NCBI GenBank assembly: GCA_965209085.1
Contig: OZ242376.1
Coordinates: 1,024,001-1,088,000, forward strand
Direction: 5' to 3'
Source of the DNA: Nitrosopumilaceae archaeon
Lineage (GTDB): Archaea > Thermoproteota > Nitrososphaeria > Nitrososphaerales > Nitrosopumilaceae
Length of the DNA stretch: 64,000 nucleotides
A model generated the notes under the pieces. The model made no database searches. It was not told the DNA's origin and saw only the letters and a list, made by a program, of their open reading frames with translations. Made by a program: the position numbers and the translations under genes. Shown here piece after piece: positions 17,382-26,444 of the stretch. Every line of letters begins with the position of its first letter. Position 1 is the first letter of the stretch.

Positions 17382-17666
17382 CTGGGATAAAAGTTGGGCA
17401 AGAAACGCACCATATTGGGAATCGGGAAATTTTACAGCGCGTACATTTTTTTTGGCCATACGAACTGATTCTACATGGTAGCATCCTTTTCCATCCCGCA
17501 TCCTGTCAAAAAAATACGCGCTGCATGAGCAAAATCCCTCCTCTTTTTCAACCCAGTGCTCTCCGGTTTTTCCCACAACGGTCCAGACCTGGCGGCCGCT
17601 TGGCTCAAATACATGCAGCTTTACCCGGCCTTCCTGCGCGGCAATTCTAGCTTTATCAGAGCTCAC
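17349..17666 (-). CDS. SWIM zinc-finger protein
   Basis: FCSCSAY...CYHV (CxC-xn-CxH). Confidence 0.75.
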   Translation of the reverse strand: MSSDKARIAAQEGRVKLHVFEPSGRQVWTVVGKTGEHWVEKEEGFCSCSAYFFDRMRDGKGCYHVESVRMAKKNVRAVKFPDSQYGAFLAQLLSQLQLDGKKIIF

Positions 17667-17697
17667 AAGGAATTAATCATACCTGCATTCTATATCT

Positions 17698-18447
17698 GTG
17701 ATGGTACAGATACGCATGCTGCCCTCAGAGCCGGCACTGTCAATAGTTGGCAGTGGACGGCACCTTGTAATTGCAGACGTGCACATTGGATTTGAATCAA
17801 GGCTTGCATCAGCTGGCATATGTCTTGGCAAGGAATCTGCGGCGCGCAAATCCGCAAAGAGGGTTTTAGAGATGATGAGAAAATCAAAATCAGATTCGCT
17901 GGTACTGCTTGGGGATGTAAAATCAGGAACGGATAAAATTACAGACTATGAATGGCGCAACGTGCCGCAATTTTTTGACGAGCTTGGAGATATTGACATC
18001 ATTTTGGTTCCAGGAAATCATGACGGAGGCATATCAAAACTGGTTCCAGAGCACGTGTCAATATCTGGTCAGTCAGGTGTTATAATTGACAGAGTATTAC
18101 TGACGCACGGGCATGCCATGCCTTCAGATAAATTCAGTGCTGTAGACAATATTGTAATGGGTCATGTCCACCCCACATACTCTAGAGGGGATTCGGTTCT
18201 AAACGGCAGACCGGTCTGGGCATACTTGAAGGCAAACCGTGAGTGTATCTTCCCATCAGGTACCGGCAGCATCGGCGTTACCGTAATGCCCTCATTTAAC
18301 GAGCACATGCACGGGAGAGGACGAAAATTGCACAAGAGAACATCGCCCATACTCAGACGCGCCCTGCAAGGACTCTTGGCTGCAAAAATTGTATCCATGG
18401 ACGGGGCAATACTTTGCAACGAATCAGAGATAACGGCAGCATTGTAG
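17698..18447 (+). CDS. Calcineurin-like metallophosphoesterase
   Basis: ADVHIG, LLGD, GNHD, THGH, MGHVHP motifs. Confidence 0.85.
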   Translation: MMVQIRMLPSEPALSIVGSGRHLVIADVHIGFESRLASAGICLGKESAARKSAKRVLEMMRKSKSDSLVLLGDVKSGTDKITDYEWRNVPQFFDELGDIDIILVPGNHDGGISKLVPEHVSISGQSGVIIDRVLLTHGHAMPSDKFSAVDNIVMGHVHPTYSRGDSVLNGRPVWAYLKANRECIFPSGTGSIGVTVMPSFNEHMHGRGRKLHKRTSPILRRALQGLLAAKIVSMDGAILCNESEITAAL

Positions 18448-18462
18448 GGAAGATTGAATTTT

Positions 18463-21400
18463 CTAGTAGTCTTCGCGGTAGGGTTCAAGCGGCATGATGG
18501 TTGTTTTATTTTTTATCGACCATTCAATGGTCTTTACAAAAGATTCGGCAAGCTCAGGCGTGGTGAGGACTGGAATTCCCATCTCTAGTGCCTTGCGACG
18601 TATGAGATATTCATCAGAAAGCATTCCCACGTATTTTTCAAGGGTCGATGTTCCAGGTATGTTTATTATAAAATCAATTTTATGCTCGTATAACAAATCC
18701 GATATGTTTGGTTTTCTGTCCGGTTCGCTTATTTTATGGACTGTTTTGGCACCTGGCAGGGTTTTTGCAAAAAATTCCACAGTGTGCTCTGTTGCACAAA
18801 TTTCAAATCCCATCTGGTGCAGCGAGGCAATGATCGGCAAAAGACGTTCTTTGTTTTCAGTCCCACCTATGGTGACAAGCGCCATTCCCGAATGCGGTAT
18901 GTGATACCCCACGGAGGTGAGCGCCTTGGATAATGCATCATAAAAGCTGCTCCCAAAACACGCAGCCTCTCCTGTTGATTGCATCTCCACTCCCAGCACA
19001 ATGTCTGCCCCTTCAAGCTGCATGAATGAAAATTGGGGTACCTTTATCCCGTACACCTCTGTTTTTTTCCAGTGATCATGGCGTATCTCCGGCAGTCCCT
19101 CCCCCAATATTGCACCAGAAGCTAAAGAGATGAGGTTTGTTCTGACAAGTTTTGAGACAAACGGCATGGAGCGGGACGCGCGTATGTTGAGCTCTATTAC
19201 GTATACGGTTCCCCCGTTTATTAGAAACTGCAAGTTGAATGGACCGCGTATGTTAAAGGCAATTGCAATCTTTTCGGTATAATCTGTAATGGTTTCTATC
19301 ACCTTGTTGTTTAGTCGCCATGGTGGTATGCACATCATCGCATCCCCAGAATGCACTCCCGCGCTGTCAATGTGCTCAACTACTGCCCCTATTATCACGC
19401 GTTTTCCATCGCAGACTCCGTCAACATCCACTTCAAGCGAGTTTAACATGAATTTTGAGACAACCACGGGATGATCATTTGATATGTCTACAGCTTCGCC
19501 AATGTATTTTTTCAGCTCATTTTGCGACCATATGACGTTCATTGCCGCGCCGCTCAATACGTAAGAGGGCCGTACCAGTACAGGATACCCGACCCTTTGT
19601 GCAAATTCTTTTGCACTAGTTATGTCCGTAAACGTCTGCCAAAGCGGCTGCCTAATGTGCATTCCATCAAGCACAGAGCTGAATGTGGAGCGGTTTTCGG
19701 CCCGGTCCACATCATATGATGATGTGCCAAGTATTGGAATTTTATTCTCGGCCAGCTCGGGGGTGAGATTGTTTGCAGTCTGCCCTCCAACGCACGTTAT
19801 TACACCATGTGGTGATTCAAATTCGGCAATGTCCAGTATGCGCTCCACTGTAAGCTCTTCAAAGTACAGCCTGTCACTTGTGTCATAATCAGTTGAGACA
19901 GTCTCAGGATTACAGTTTACCACGATAACATCCCCCTTGCGGCGTTTTTTCAGCCCCAAAACCATGTTTACCGTTCCCCAGTCAAATTCCACGCTGCTTC
20001 CAATGCGGTAGGGTCCGGCCCCCAAAACGATGATGCTCTTTAATTTATCCTGTATTTTGATGTCATCAGAGTCCCCGCCGTACGTCATGTACAGGTAGTT
20101 TGTCTTTGCTGGCCACTCTGCTGCAAGTGTATCTATCTGTTTTACGCACGGTTTTATTCCAAGACGCAGTCTCATCTCCCGGATATGGTTATGGGTGGTT
20201 TTTTGCGCGCGTGCAATCTGCATGTCAGAAAAACCCAGCCGTTTGGCATCGCGCATGCGCACCCCATCTGTTGCATCGGGCAATTTTTTCCCCATCAAAA
20301 CTATGTTCCGTATTTTTTCAACAAACCACGGATCTATTGCAGAGAGTGAGGATATTTTCCCAGTGTCCATCCCAAGGGCAATTGCGTGTGCCACATTGTA
20401 CAGTATGTTATCGTCAGGGTGTAAAAGGGCATACTCTACTTCCTCCTCTGTGGGCAGATTCCCGTCCCTCTCTGATAAGATCAGCCCGTCACGTCCGGTG
20501 TCAAGCATACGGATGGCTTTTTGCAGCGACTCCTCAAAGCTGCGCCCGATTGCCATAACCTCTCCGACTGATTTCATTGTAGGACCAAGGTTTCGTTTCG
20601 CCATCTCGAATTTGTCAAAATCCCACCTTGGATGTTTGCATACGATGTAGTCAAGTGCCGGCTCAAAGCATGCAGTTGTTTTCTTTGTAATGCTGTTTAC
20701 AAGCTCTGGCAGCGTATACCCGAGTGCAATTTTTGCAGACATGTACGCCAAAGGATATCCTGTGGCCTTGCTTGCAAGAGCTGATGAGCGTGAGAGTCTT
20801 GGGTTTACCTCTATTGCTGCAAAACGCGATGATTTTGTATCCAGGGCATACTGAATGTTGCACTCTCCTACTATCCCCACGTGCCGTATGGCCTGCAGTG
20901 CCGCAAGGCGCATTTCATGGTATTCCTGGTTGTTTATTGTCTGCGACGGAGCTACTACCACGTTGTCTCCTGTATGCACACGCATTGATAGGACATTTTC
21001 CATATTACACACTATGACGCTATTGTCTGCAGCATCACGCATGACCTCGTATTCTATCTGCTTCCAGTCCCCGACATATTCCTCGATGAGCACCTGTCCC
21101 ACCATGCTTGCAGATATTCCCCTTTGAACTATCTCGTGCAATTCAATTTCATTGTGCGCCACTCCCCCGCCTTTTCCTCCAAGCGTGTACGCTACGCGCA
21201 CTATGACAGGATATCCAAGATCCGCTGCAGCATCCTTTGCACCATCAAAGCTTGTAACAGTTTTACCGCGTAAAACCGGTATCTTGCATTGTTCCATGGC
21301 ATCCTTGAAGAGCTGCCTATCCTCAGTATTGCGTATTCCATCAATCTGTGTTCCAAGCACCTTTATGCCGTATTTTGATAAAATACCCGCATCATCCAAA

Positions 21401-21723
21401 CCCACACCGCAGTTTAATGCAGTCTGGCCTCCAAACGATAAGATGAGCGCATCGGGGCGTTCCTTTTCTATGACAGACTCTACATATTGGGAATTTACCG
21501 GTAAAAGGTACACCTTGTCAGCTGAGCGCGTATCAGTCTGTATTGTGGCCACGTTTGGATTTACAAGAATGCTGGAAATTCCCTCCTCGCGCAAGGCTTT
21601 GAGGCATTGGCTTCCAGAGTAGTCGAATTGGCGGCTGTTTTAACAGCTTTCGCCGGCTTCTCCGATCTTTATTGCCCCGCTTCCTAGCACGAGTATTTTC
21701 TTTAGAGTCTCATTTTTTGGCAT
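18463..21723 (-). CDS. carB: Carbamoyl-phosphate synthase large subunit, two exons (21723-21649 and 21627-18463; 1079 aa if spliced)
   Basis: SD GGAGGTG precedes ATG 21723; exon 1 reads MPKNETLKKILVLGSGAIKIGEAGE and exon 2 FDYSGSQCLKALREEG. Two ATP-grasp halves and an MGS domain follow. The ORF track starts too late (21594). Confidence 0.92.
21628..21648 (-). other. Putative 21-nt bulge-helix-bulge/BHL-type mRNA intron (AGCUGUUAAAACAGCCGCCAA)
   Basis: Contains an in-frame UAA. GGCG/CGCC 4-bp central helix, 3-nt AAA and AAU unpaired segments, GCUGU/ACAGC stem-loop. Removal restores GEAGEFDYSG. Confidence 0.8.
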
Positions 21724-22879
21724 GTGCACCTCCATTCATCAGGCTCTGCAGCTCTTTGAATACAAACTTGCAGTCAAACGGTCCAGGAGACGCCTCTGGG
21801 TGAAACTGCACTGCTATGCATTTTTGTTTTTTATGACGTATTCCTTCCACGGTTCCATCATCGGCATTTTTAAACCACATCTCAAATTCGGAATTTTCAA
21901 GTGATTCAGGACTGATGCAGTATCCGTGGTTTTGACTCGTCACGTATACCCTGCCATCCTGCAAATTTATGCACGGTTTGTTTTGTCCACGGTGTCCGTA
22001 CTTTAGCTTGTACGTTTTTGCCCCTCCTGCAAGTCCGATTATCTGCGCTCCAAGACATATTCCAAGTGTGGGGATGTTTTTGGATACAAGGTTTTTAACA
22101 GTCTGCACCGTTTGGTGGCATTTTTCAGGATCTCCAGGTCCGTTACTCACAACCACCCCGCTTGGTTTGTAGGAGAGTATTTTCTCAGCTGTTGAATCCC
22201 ATGGAACCGTAATGACCCTATACCCAAGATCACGCACGCATCTTATTATGGCGTTTTTTACACCCACGTCAATTATGACGACCGATTCTTTTCCATTACC
22301 GTATATGTGATCCGTTGTTGTTGAAACTTGCCCCACCAGGTTTTCTGAAGAATACGCATCTGATGCGCGCATCCGCTCAAGTATTTTGTGCTCATCAATC
22401 TCATCATCGGATACGGCAACAGCTGCCATGCCCACTCCCTCCTCGCGCAGTTTTTTTGTCAAAGATCTTGTATCAATTCCAGATATTGCAGGTATTTTTT
22501 GTCCGTGCAGCCATTCATCAAGCGTCATGGACATGTTCCAGTGGCTAGCAACAGTGGAGAGCTCGTGCACCACAAGCGCCCGTGGCTGTATGCGTCCGGA
22601 TTCAGAGTTTACATGTATGCCATCCTCATCTTGAACAGACATGTCAGGTACGCCGTAATTTCCCACAAGCGGATATGTGAGGGTTAGGATTTGCCCGCAA
22701 TACGAGGGATCCGTCAAAGTTTCCACATACCCGACCATCCCTGTATTAAAGACAATCTCGCCAACAGCTGTCCCAGAATATCCAAACCCCGTGCCGTTAA
22801 ATACAGAGCCATCACTTAGAATCAGTTTCCCATTTTTATTGGCGTATTGCGCCTCTTTGATAGCTATAGTTAACCCGAT
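21710..22879 (-). CDS. carA: Carbamoyl-phosphate synthase small subunit, start codon non-canonical/uncertain
   Basis: SNGPGDP, LGICLG (catalytic Cys), GHRGQN, QFHPEA. The conserved N-terminus GKLILSDGSVFNGTGFG...GEIVFNTGMVGY lies upstream of the first ATG (22738). Confidence 0.88.
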   Translation of the reverse strand: MGLTIAIKEAQYANKNGKLILSDGSVFNGTGFGYSGTAVGEIVFNTGMVGYVETLTDPSYCGQILTLTYPLVGNYGVPDMSVQDEDGIHVNSESGRIQPRALVVHELSTVASHWNMSMTLDEWLHGQKIPAISGIDTRSLTKKLREEGVGMAAVAVSDDEIDEHKILERMRASDAYSSENLVGQVSTTTDHIYGNGKESVVIIDVGVKNAIIRCVRDLGYRVITVPWDSTAEKILSYKPSGVVVSNGPGDPEKCHQTVQTVKNLVSKNIPTLGICLGAQIIGLAGGAKTYKLKYGHRGQNKPCINLQDGRVYVTSQNHGYCISPESLENSEFEMWFKNADDGTVEGIRHKKQKCIAVQFHPEASPGPFDCKFVFKELQSLMNGGAHAKK

Positions 22880-22900
22880 CTTTAGTGCTATTTGTAGTGA

Positions 22901-22915
22901 TTTTTATATTTTTGG
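22901..22915 (-). promoter_or_regulatory. Candidate BRE/TATA of the carAB operon (CCAAAAATATAAAAA)
   Basis: TATAAAAA at 22908-22901 with an A-rich BRE-like element directly upstream. Confidence 0.55.
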
Positions 22916-22925
22916 AAATAAAATT

Positions 22926-22941
22926 TGATCGCATGCGATCA
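22926..22941. promoter_or_regulatory. Perfect 16-bp palindrome TGATCGCATGCGATCA between cdvC and the carA promoter
   Basis: Self-complementary sequence overlapping the cdvC stop codon. Confidence 0.4.
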
Positions 22942-24132
22942 GAGTGCGCCAAACTGGTCTGTCCACTTTGAAAAAGCCCTCAGCATCTCCACTGAGACGC
23001 TGGGTTTTCGGCGGGTCAGAATGATTCTAAAATCCGCAAGCGTCAGGGTCCGTGGCGACTGGGACTCTTCGTTTTCCGTAGGCTCGCAGTATTCAGGCGA
23101 ATTGAACATTTCAGTTACTGCACTTAGCTGTGCTGACTGGCAGACATCGCGTATATCACTGGCGCTATACCCTTCAAACATCTTTGCTAAAATTTGATTT
23201 TTCAATTTTGGATCGTGGTTTAGCTTGCACGTATACGTGTCAAACAGGTTTTTTCTAGACTCCAACGTAGGCAGCGGCACGTGGATGCGTTTTTGGAAGC
23301 GGCGCAGAAACGGCGAATCAAGGCTCCAAGGTTTGTTGGTTGCCCCAATAACGTACAGTTTTGTTTCCTTTGCCTTGTCTTTTATTCCATCCATCTCTAC
23401 TAGAAATTGGTTTCTAGTTCGAACCTCGCCGCCAATCTCGCTGTTGCGTTCCCCTAAAAGCGAGTCAACCTCGTCAATGAACAGTATGACAGGCTTGCCC
23501 TCTTGTCCTGAATATTTTCTTGCCATATCAAACAGCTTTGAGACATTTTTTTCCGCCTCTCCGAGCCATTTTGACATCATTGATGCAGCATCCACGTTTA
23601 TGAAATAACCGTCAATCTCATTTGCCGTAGCAGCTCCCAGTATTGTTTTGCCGCATCCTGGAGGTCCGTACAAGAGTATTCCGTGCGGCCATCCAAGCGG
23701 AAGCAAGTCTGGTCTTTTTGCAGGATATACAATTGATTCACGCAGTGCGTTTTTTGCATCATTCAAACCTATCACCTGATCCCACATGATGTCCGGTTTT
23801 TCTTTCATTACAAGATCGTCAAAATCATTTCGTGATTTTTGATTTTCAAGATTATCTTTTTGCTCTGAGGATGACGCGTTTGGATCCACTGCCGGCTCCA
23901 CACTGCACGAATCCTGCAGTGCCTTTATGCGTCGCTGGTAGGAATTGGTGCGTTCCGTATACAGTGAGTTTAGCTTGTTATTTGGATATAGTGTCATAAG
24001 TTTCACTAGCGAATCTATGGCCTTTTGATAGTTGGATACTGCCATACCTCTAGCGCCATGGGAGTCATGCCTTATTGCATCGGTGGCATATCTACTAGCG
24101 CTGTCTTCTAATTCTTGGGGTGCCATGCTCAT
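22939..24132 (-). CDS. cdvC: Vps4-like AAA ATPase CdvC (MIT + AAA)
   Basis: N-terminal MIT helices (A...D..G....A...Y..AI..L), GPPGCGKT, FIDEVD, GATNKPW, RRFQKR. Confidence 0.88.
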   Translation of the reverse strand: MSMAPQELEDSASRYATDAIRHDSHGARGMAVSNYQKAIDSLVKLMTLYPNNKLNSLYTERTNSYQRRIKALQDSCSVEPAVDPNASSSEQKDNLENQKSRNDFDDLVMKEKPDIMWDQVIGLNDAKNALRESIVYPAKRPDLLPLGWPHGILLYGPPGCGKTILGAATANEIDGYFINVDAASMMSKWLGEAEKNVSKLFDMARKYSGQEGKPVILFIDEVDSLLGERNSEIGGEVRTRNQFLVEMDGIKDKAKETKLYVIGATNKPWSLDSPFLRRFQKRIHVPLPTLESRKNLFDTYTCKLNHDPKLKNQILAKMFEGYSASDIRDVCQSAQLSAVTEMFNSPEYCEPTENEESQSPRTLTLADFRIILTRRKPSVSVEMLRAFSKWTDQFGAL

Positions 24133-24175
24133 ATATGCTCTAATATGGTTATGACAGTCAGCCTTGCCATTATGC

Positions 24176-24559
24176 CTAGTAAACAGCACTTGAAGAGTTT
24201 GTTAAATTAATTCCACTAGGGTTTGCCCCCTTTAGACCAAGTCTGGCCTTTGCCTGCATTATCTCAGATATTGCATCACCGGCACTCAGAGTCAGCTCAT
24301 CCGTCTCTGCCTCTATGCGCCCTATCAGGTCAGCTGATGCATACATGGAATCGACAAACTCTGCAAGAAGATCCCGAATCTGTTTTTTATGCTCGTGTTT
24401 TGTGAACAGATAGTCTGCCATCTGGGCCACTTTGTGAACGTCCATCAGCTCCTCAAGGTCAAGTTTTAAGAGCAGGTCAGCATCGGATTTTTTTACGTGT
24501 TTTAGACGCTCCCGTACGGCATTTGACAATTCCCTGGCCCGGTGTGCATGCTTTTCCAT
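24176..24559 (-). CDS. Hypothetical helical protein
   Basis: 127-aa ATG ORF co-oriented with cdvC. Confidence 0.65.
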   Translation of the reverse strand: MEKHAHRARELSNAVRERLKHVKKSDADLLLKLDLEELMDVHKVAQMADYLFTKHEHKKQIRDLLAEFVDSMYASADLIGRIEAETDELTLSAGDAISEIMQAKARLGLKGANPSGINLTNSSSAVY

Positions 24560-24643
24560 GTGGAATCTTGCATACTAGGTTTTTAACCCCCTAAACATGT
24601 GCGGCACGTATTATCCAATATTAAAGTAAAAATACAAAATGTT

Positions 24644-24985
24644 TTATTCAGAGTGGCTGCAAGAGCAGGATTTTGTGGCGTTTGGATTGTTTATTTTAAA
24701 TCCAGATCCCATCAGGCTATCAATATAGTCGACGTTTGCTCCACTCAGATGATCCTGACTGTAGCTGTCTACTAGAATTTTTACCCCGTTTTCTTCCAAC
24801 ACTAGATCGTCCTCTTCTGCAGCTTTTTCAAATCCCATGCCGTATGTAAGACCAGAGCATCCGCCGCCTTGGACGTAAACTCTTAGGAATTGTGGTTTTT
24901 CCGATTCTTGTTGGATGAACTCTTTTATTTTTTCAGCCGCTTTTGAAGTCACTGTAATCAGTTTTTGTGTTTGTTCTGTTGCCAT
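24644..24985 (-). CDS. A-type Fe-S carrier (HesB/IscA/ErpA family)
   Basis: LRVYVQGGGCSGLTY, FKINNPNATKSCSC. Confidence 0.9.
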   Translation of the reverse strand: MATEQTQKLITVTSKAAEKIKEFIQQESEKPQFLRVYVQGGGCSGLTYGMGFEKAAEEDDLVLEENGVKILVDSYSQDHLSGANVDYIDSLMGSGFKINNPNATKSCSCSHSE

Positions 24986-25210
24986 ACTACTAGCATTATA
25001 ACTTGCATATATAATATTTTTGTTTAAATTTGGGTACGAATTCACGTCGTGCCTGTAATTTACATGAAAAATTAAGATCTAGGCACAAAATAAGGCTAGG
25101 TGCTGAACTCGTACAAATTTTGTTGGTATTTGTAGTTAGTGCTTGAGCATGCATGTGTTAGTCACAATATGTGCAGATGTGTTTTTAACCACCCATATGG
25201 TGCCAAATGT

Positions 25211-25315
25211 GTGAACCGCCGTTTCATAATTGTCATATGCGTGCTTGGGGTAGCCGTGGCCAGTGCGTTCTTTATGGGATCGCCGATGTTCGGCGGTTTT
25301 GACGGATCTAAATAA
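25211..25315 (+). CDS. Possible 34-aa single-TM microprotein
   Basis: GTG start; MNRRFIIVICVLGVAVASAFFMGSPMFGGFDGSK*; stop overlaps the bioF stop. Below the ORF-track cutoff. Confidence 0.45.
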   Translation: MNRRFIIVICVLGVAVASAFFMGSPMFGGFDGSK

Positions 25316-26444
25316 TTTTAAAAAAACGCCCTGCAGATTCTACAGCATCAGATATGGCGCGTATTTGCGCCAAACTCATGCTAGCTGTTACCGAAAGCCG
25401 TATTCTGGCATGTGCTTTCTCCACGGTTGGATACCTGACAGCCTGTGCGTATATGCCGTTTTTTAGCAGTTTTTTTGAAAATGCAACTGTTGTTTTTTCA
25501 TCCCCAATGTGTACTGGTATGATATGAGAGCAGTTGTTTGTATCATATCCGGCCTTTTGCAAATATTTGTGCAGCAAGACGGTGTTTTTTCCAAGTATTT
25601 TTTGTCTTGCCTGTCGCAATGGATATTGGATTCTTATCATAGCATGTGATGCAATATGCGCCGGCAGTGCAGAAGTGTATATCATGGTCCTGGCAGTGTT
25701 TATGCACAAATCTGCAATACGCCGGCTTGATGCAACATATCCTCCAAAAGAACCAAGAGCCTTGCTTAAACTGCTTACGTATACGTCGGGTTTTCTTTTA
25801 AAATGCTCCCAGCTTCCCATCCCCGTATCCCCTAGTGCAAAATCCCCGTGTGCATCATCAAGTATGGTTACAGCTCCGTATTTGTCCGCTATTTCACATA
25901 TGCGCCGCGCATCGGAGAGATCACCGTCCATGCTAAACGTTCCTTCCGTTACGATAAACACCCGTCCTTTGGGTTTTTTGCATTTTTTTTCCAAATCATT
26001 CATGTCGTTGTGTCCGTATACTGTGATCTTTGCCCCGGAGAGTCTGCATGCGTCGATTATACTAGCATGGTTTAGCGAATCTGACAGTATGCAATCACCC
26101 TTGCCTGCCAAAGCCGTCATTGCCCCGATATTTGCCATGTACCCGGTTGGAAATACAAGCGATGCTGTAAACGGTTTTGCCTTTACAATGACGGATTCAA
26201 GTTTGTGTATTGCCTCATCGCTTCCGGAAAGCAGTCTAGAGCTTGACTGCATTTTTCCCGTGCGCTGCATTCCAACTGACGGTGAAATTCCAAGATAGTC
26301 ATTAGAGCATGCGTTTATCAGGCATCGCCTGCCAATGAGTATCTCCGAGTTCCTAGTCAGAGAAGGGGTCATTTTGCGGTACAGTCCATGTCTGCGGATT
26401 GCCAAGATTCTCGAGTTTACAAACGCGAGTTTATCTTTCATCAT
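25308..26444 (-). CDS. bioF: 8-amino-7-oxononanoate synthase
   Basis: CSNDYLG, SSRLLSG, GYMAN, DSLNHASIIDA, FSMDGD, DDAHG, SLSKALG; adjacent to bioB. Confidence 0.85.
   Translation of the reverse strand: MMKDKLAFVNSRILAIRRHGLYRKMTPSLTRNSEILIGRRCLINACSNDYLGISPSVGMQRTGKMQSSSRLLSGSDEAIHKLESVIVKAKPFTASLVFPTGYMANIGAMTALAGKGDCILSDSLNHASIIDACRLSGAKITVYGHNDMNDLEKKCKKPKGRVFIVTEGTFSMDGDLSDARRICEIADKYGAVTILDDAHGDFALGDTGMGSWEHFKRKPDVYVSSLSKALGSFGGYVASSRRIADLCINTARTMIYTSALPAHIASHAMIRIQYPLRQARQKILGKNTVLLHKYLQKAGYDTNNCSHIIPVHIGDEKTTVAFSKKLLKNGIYAQAVRYPTVEKAHARIRLSVTASMSLAQIRAISDAVESAGRFFKII

Noticed and set aside
18463-21594. carB starting at TTG 21594, or carB as a pseudogene
   Set aside because: This drops the conserved N-terminal strand and SD-linked ATG at 21723; the only lesion is a precisely excisable structured insert.
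21640-21642. Stop-codon readthrough or recoding as the explanation for carB
   Set aside because: The codon is UAA (not Sec/Pyl) and readthrough would leave 7 extra residues inside a conserved motif.
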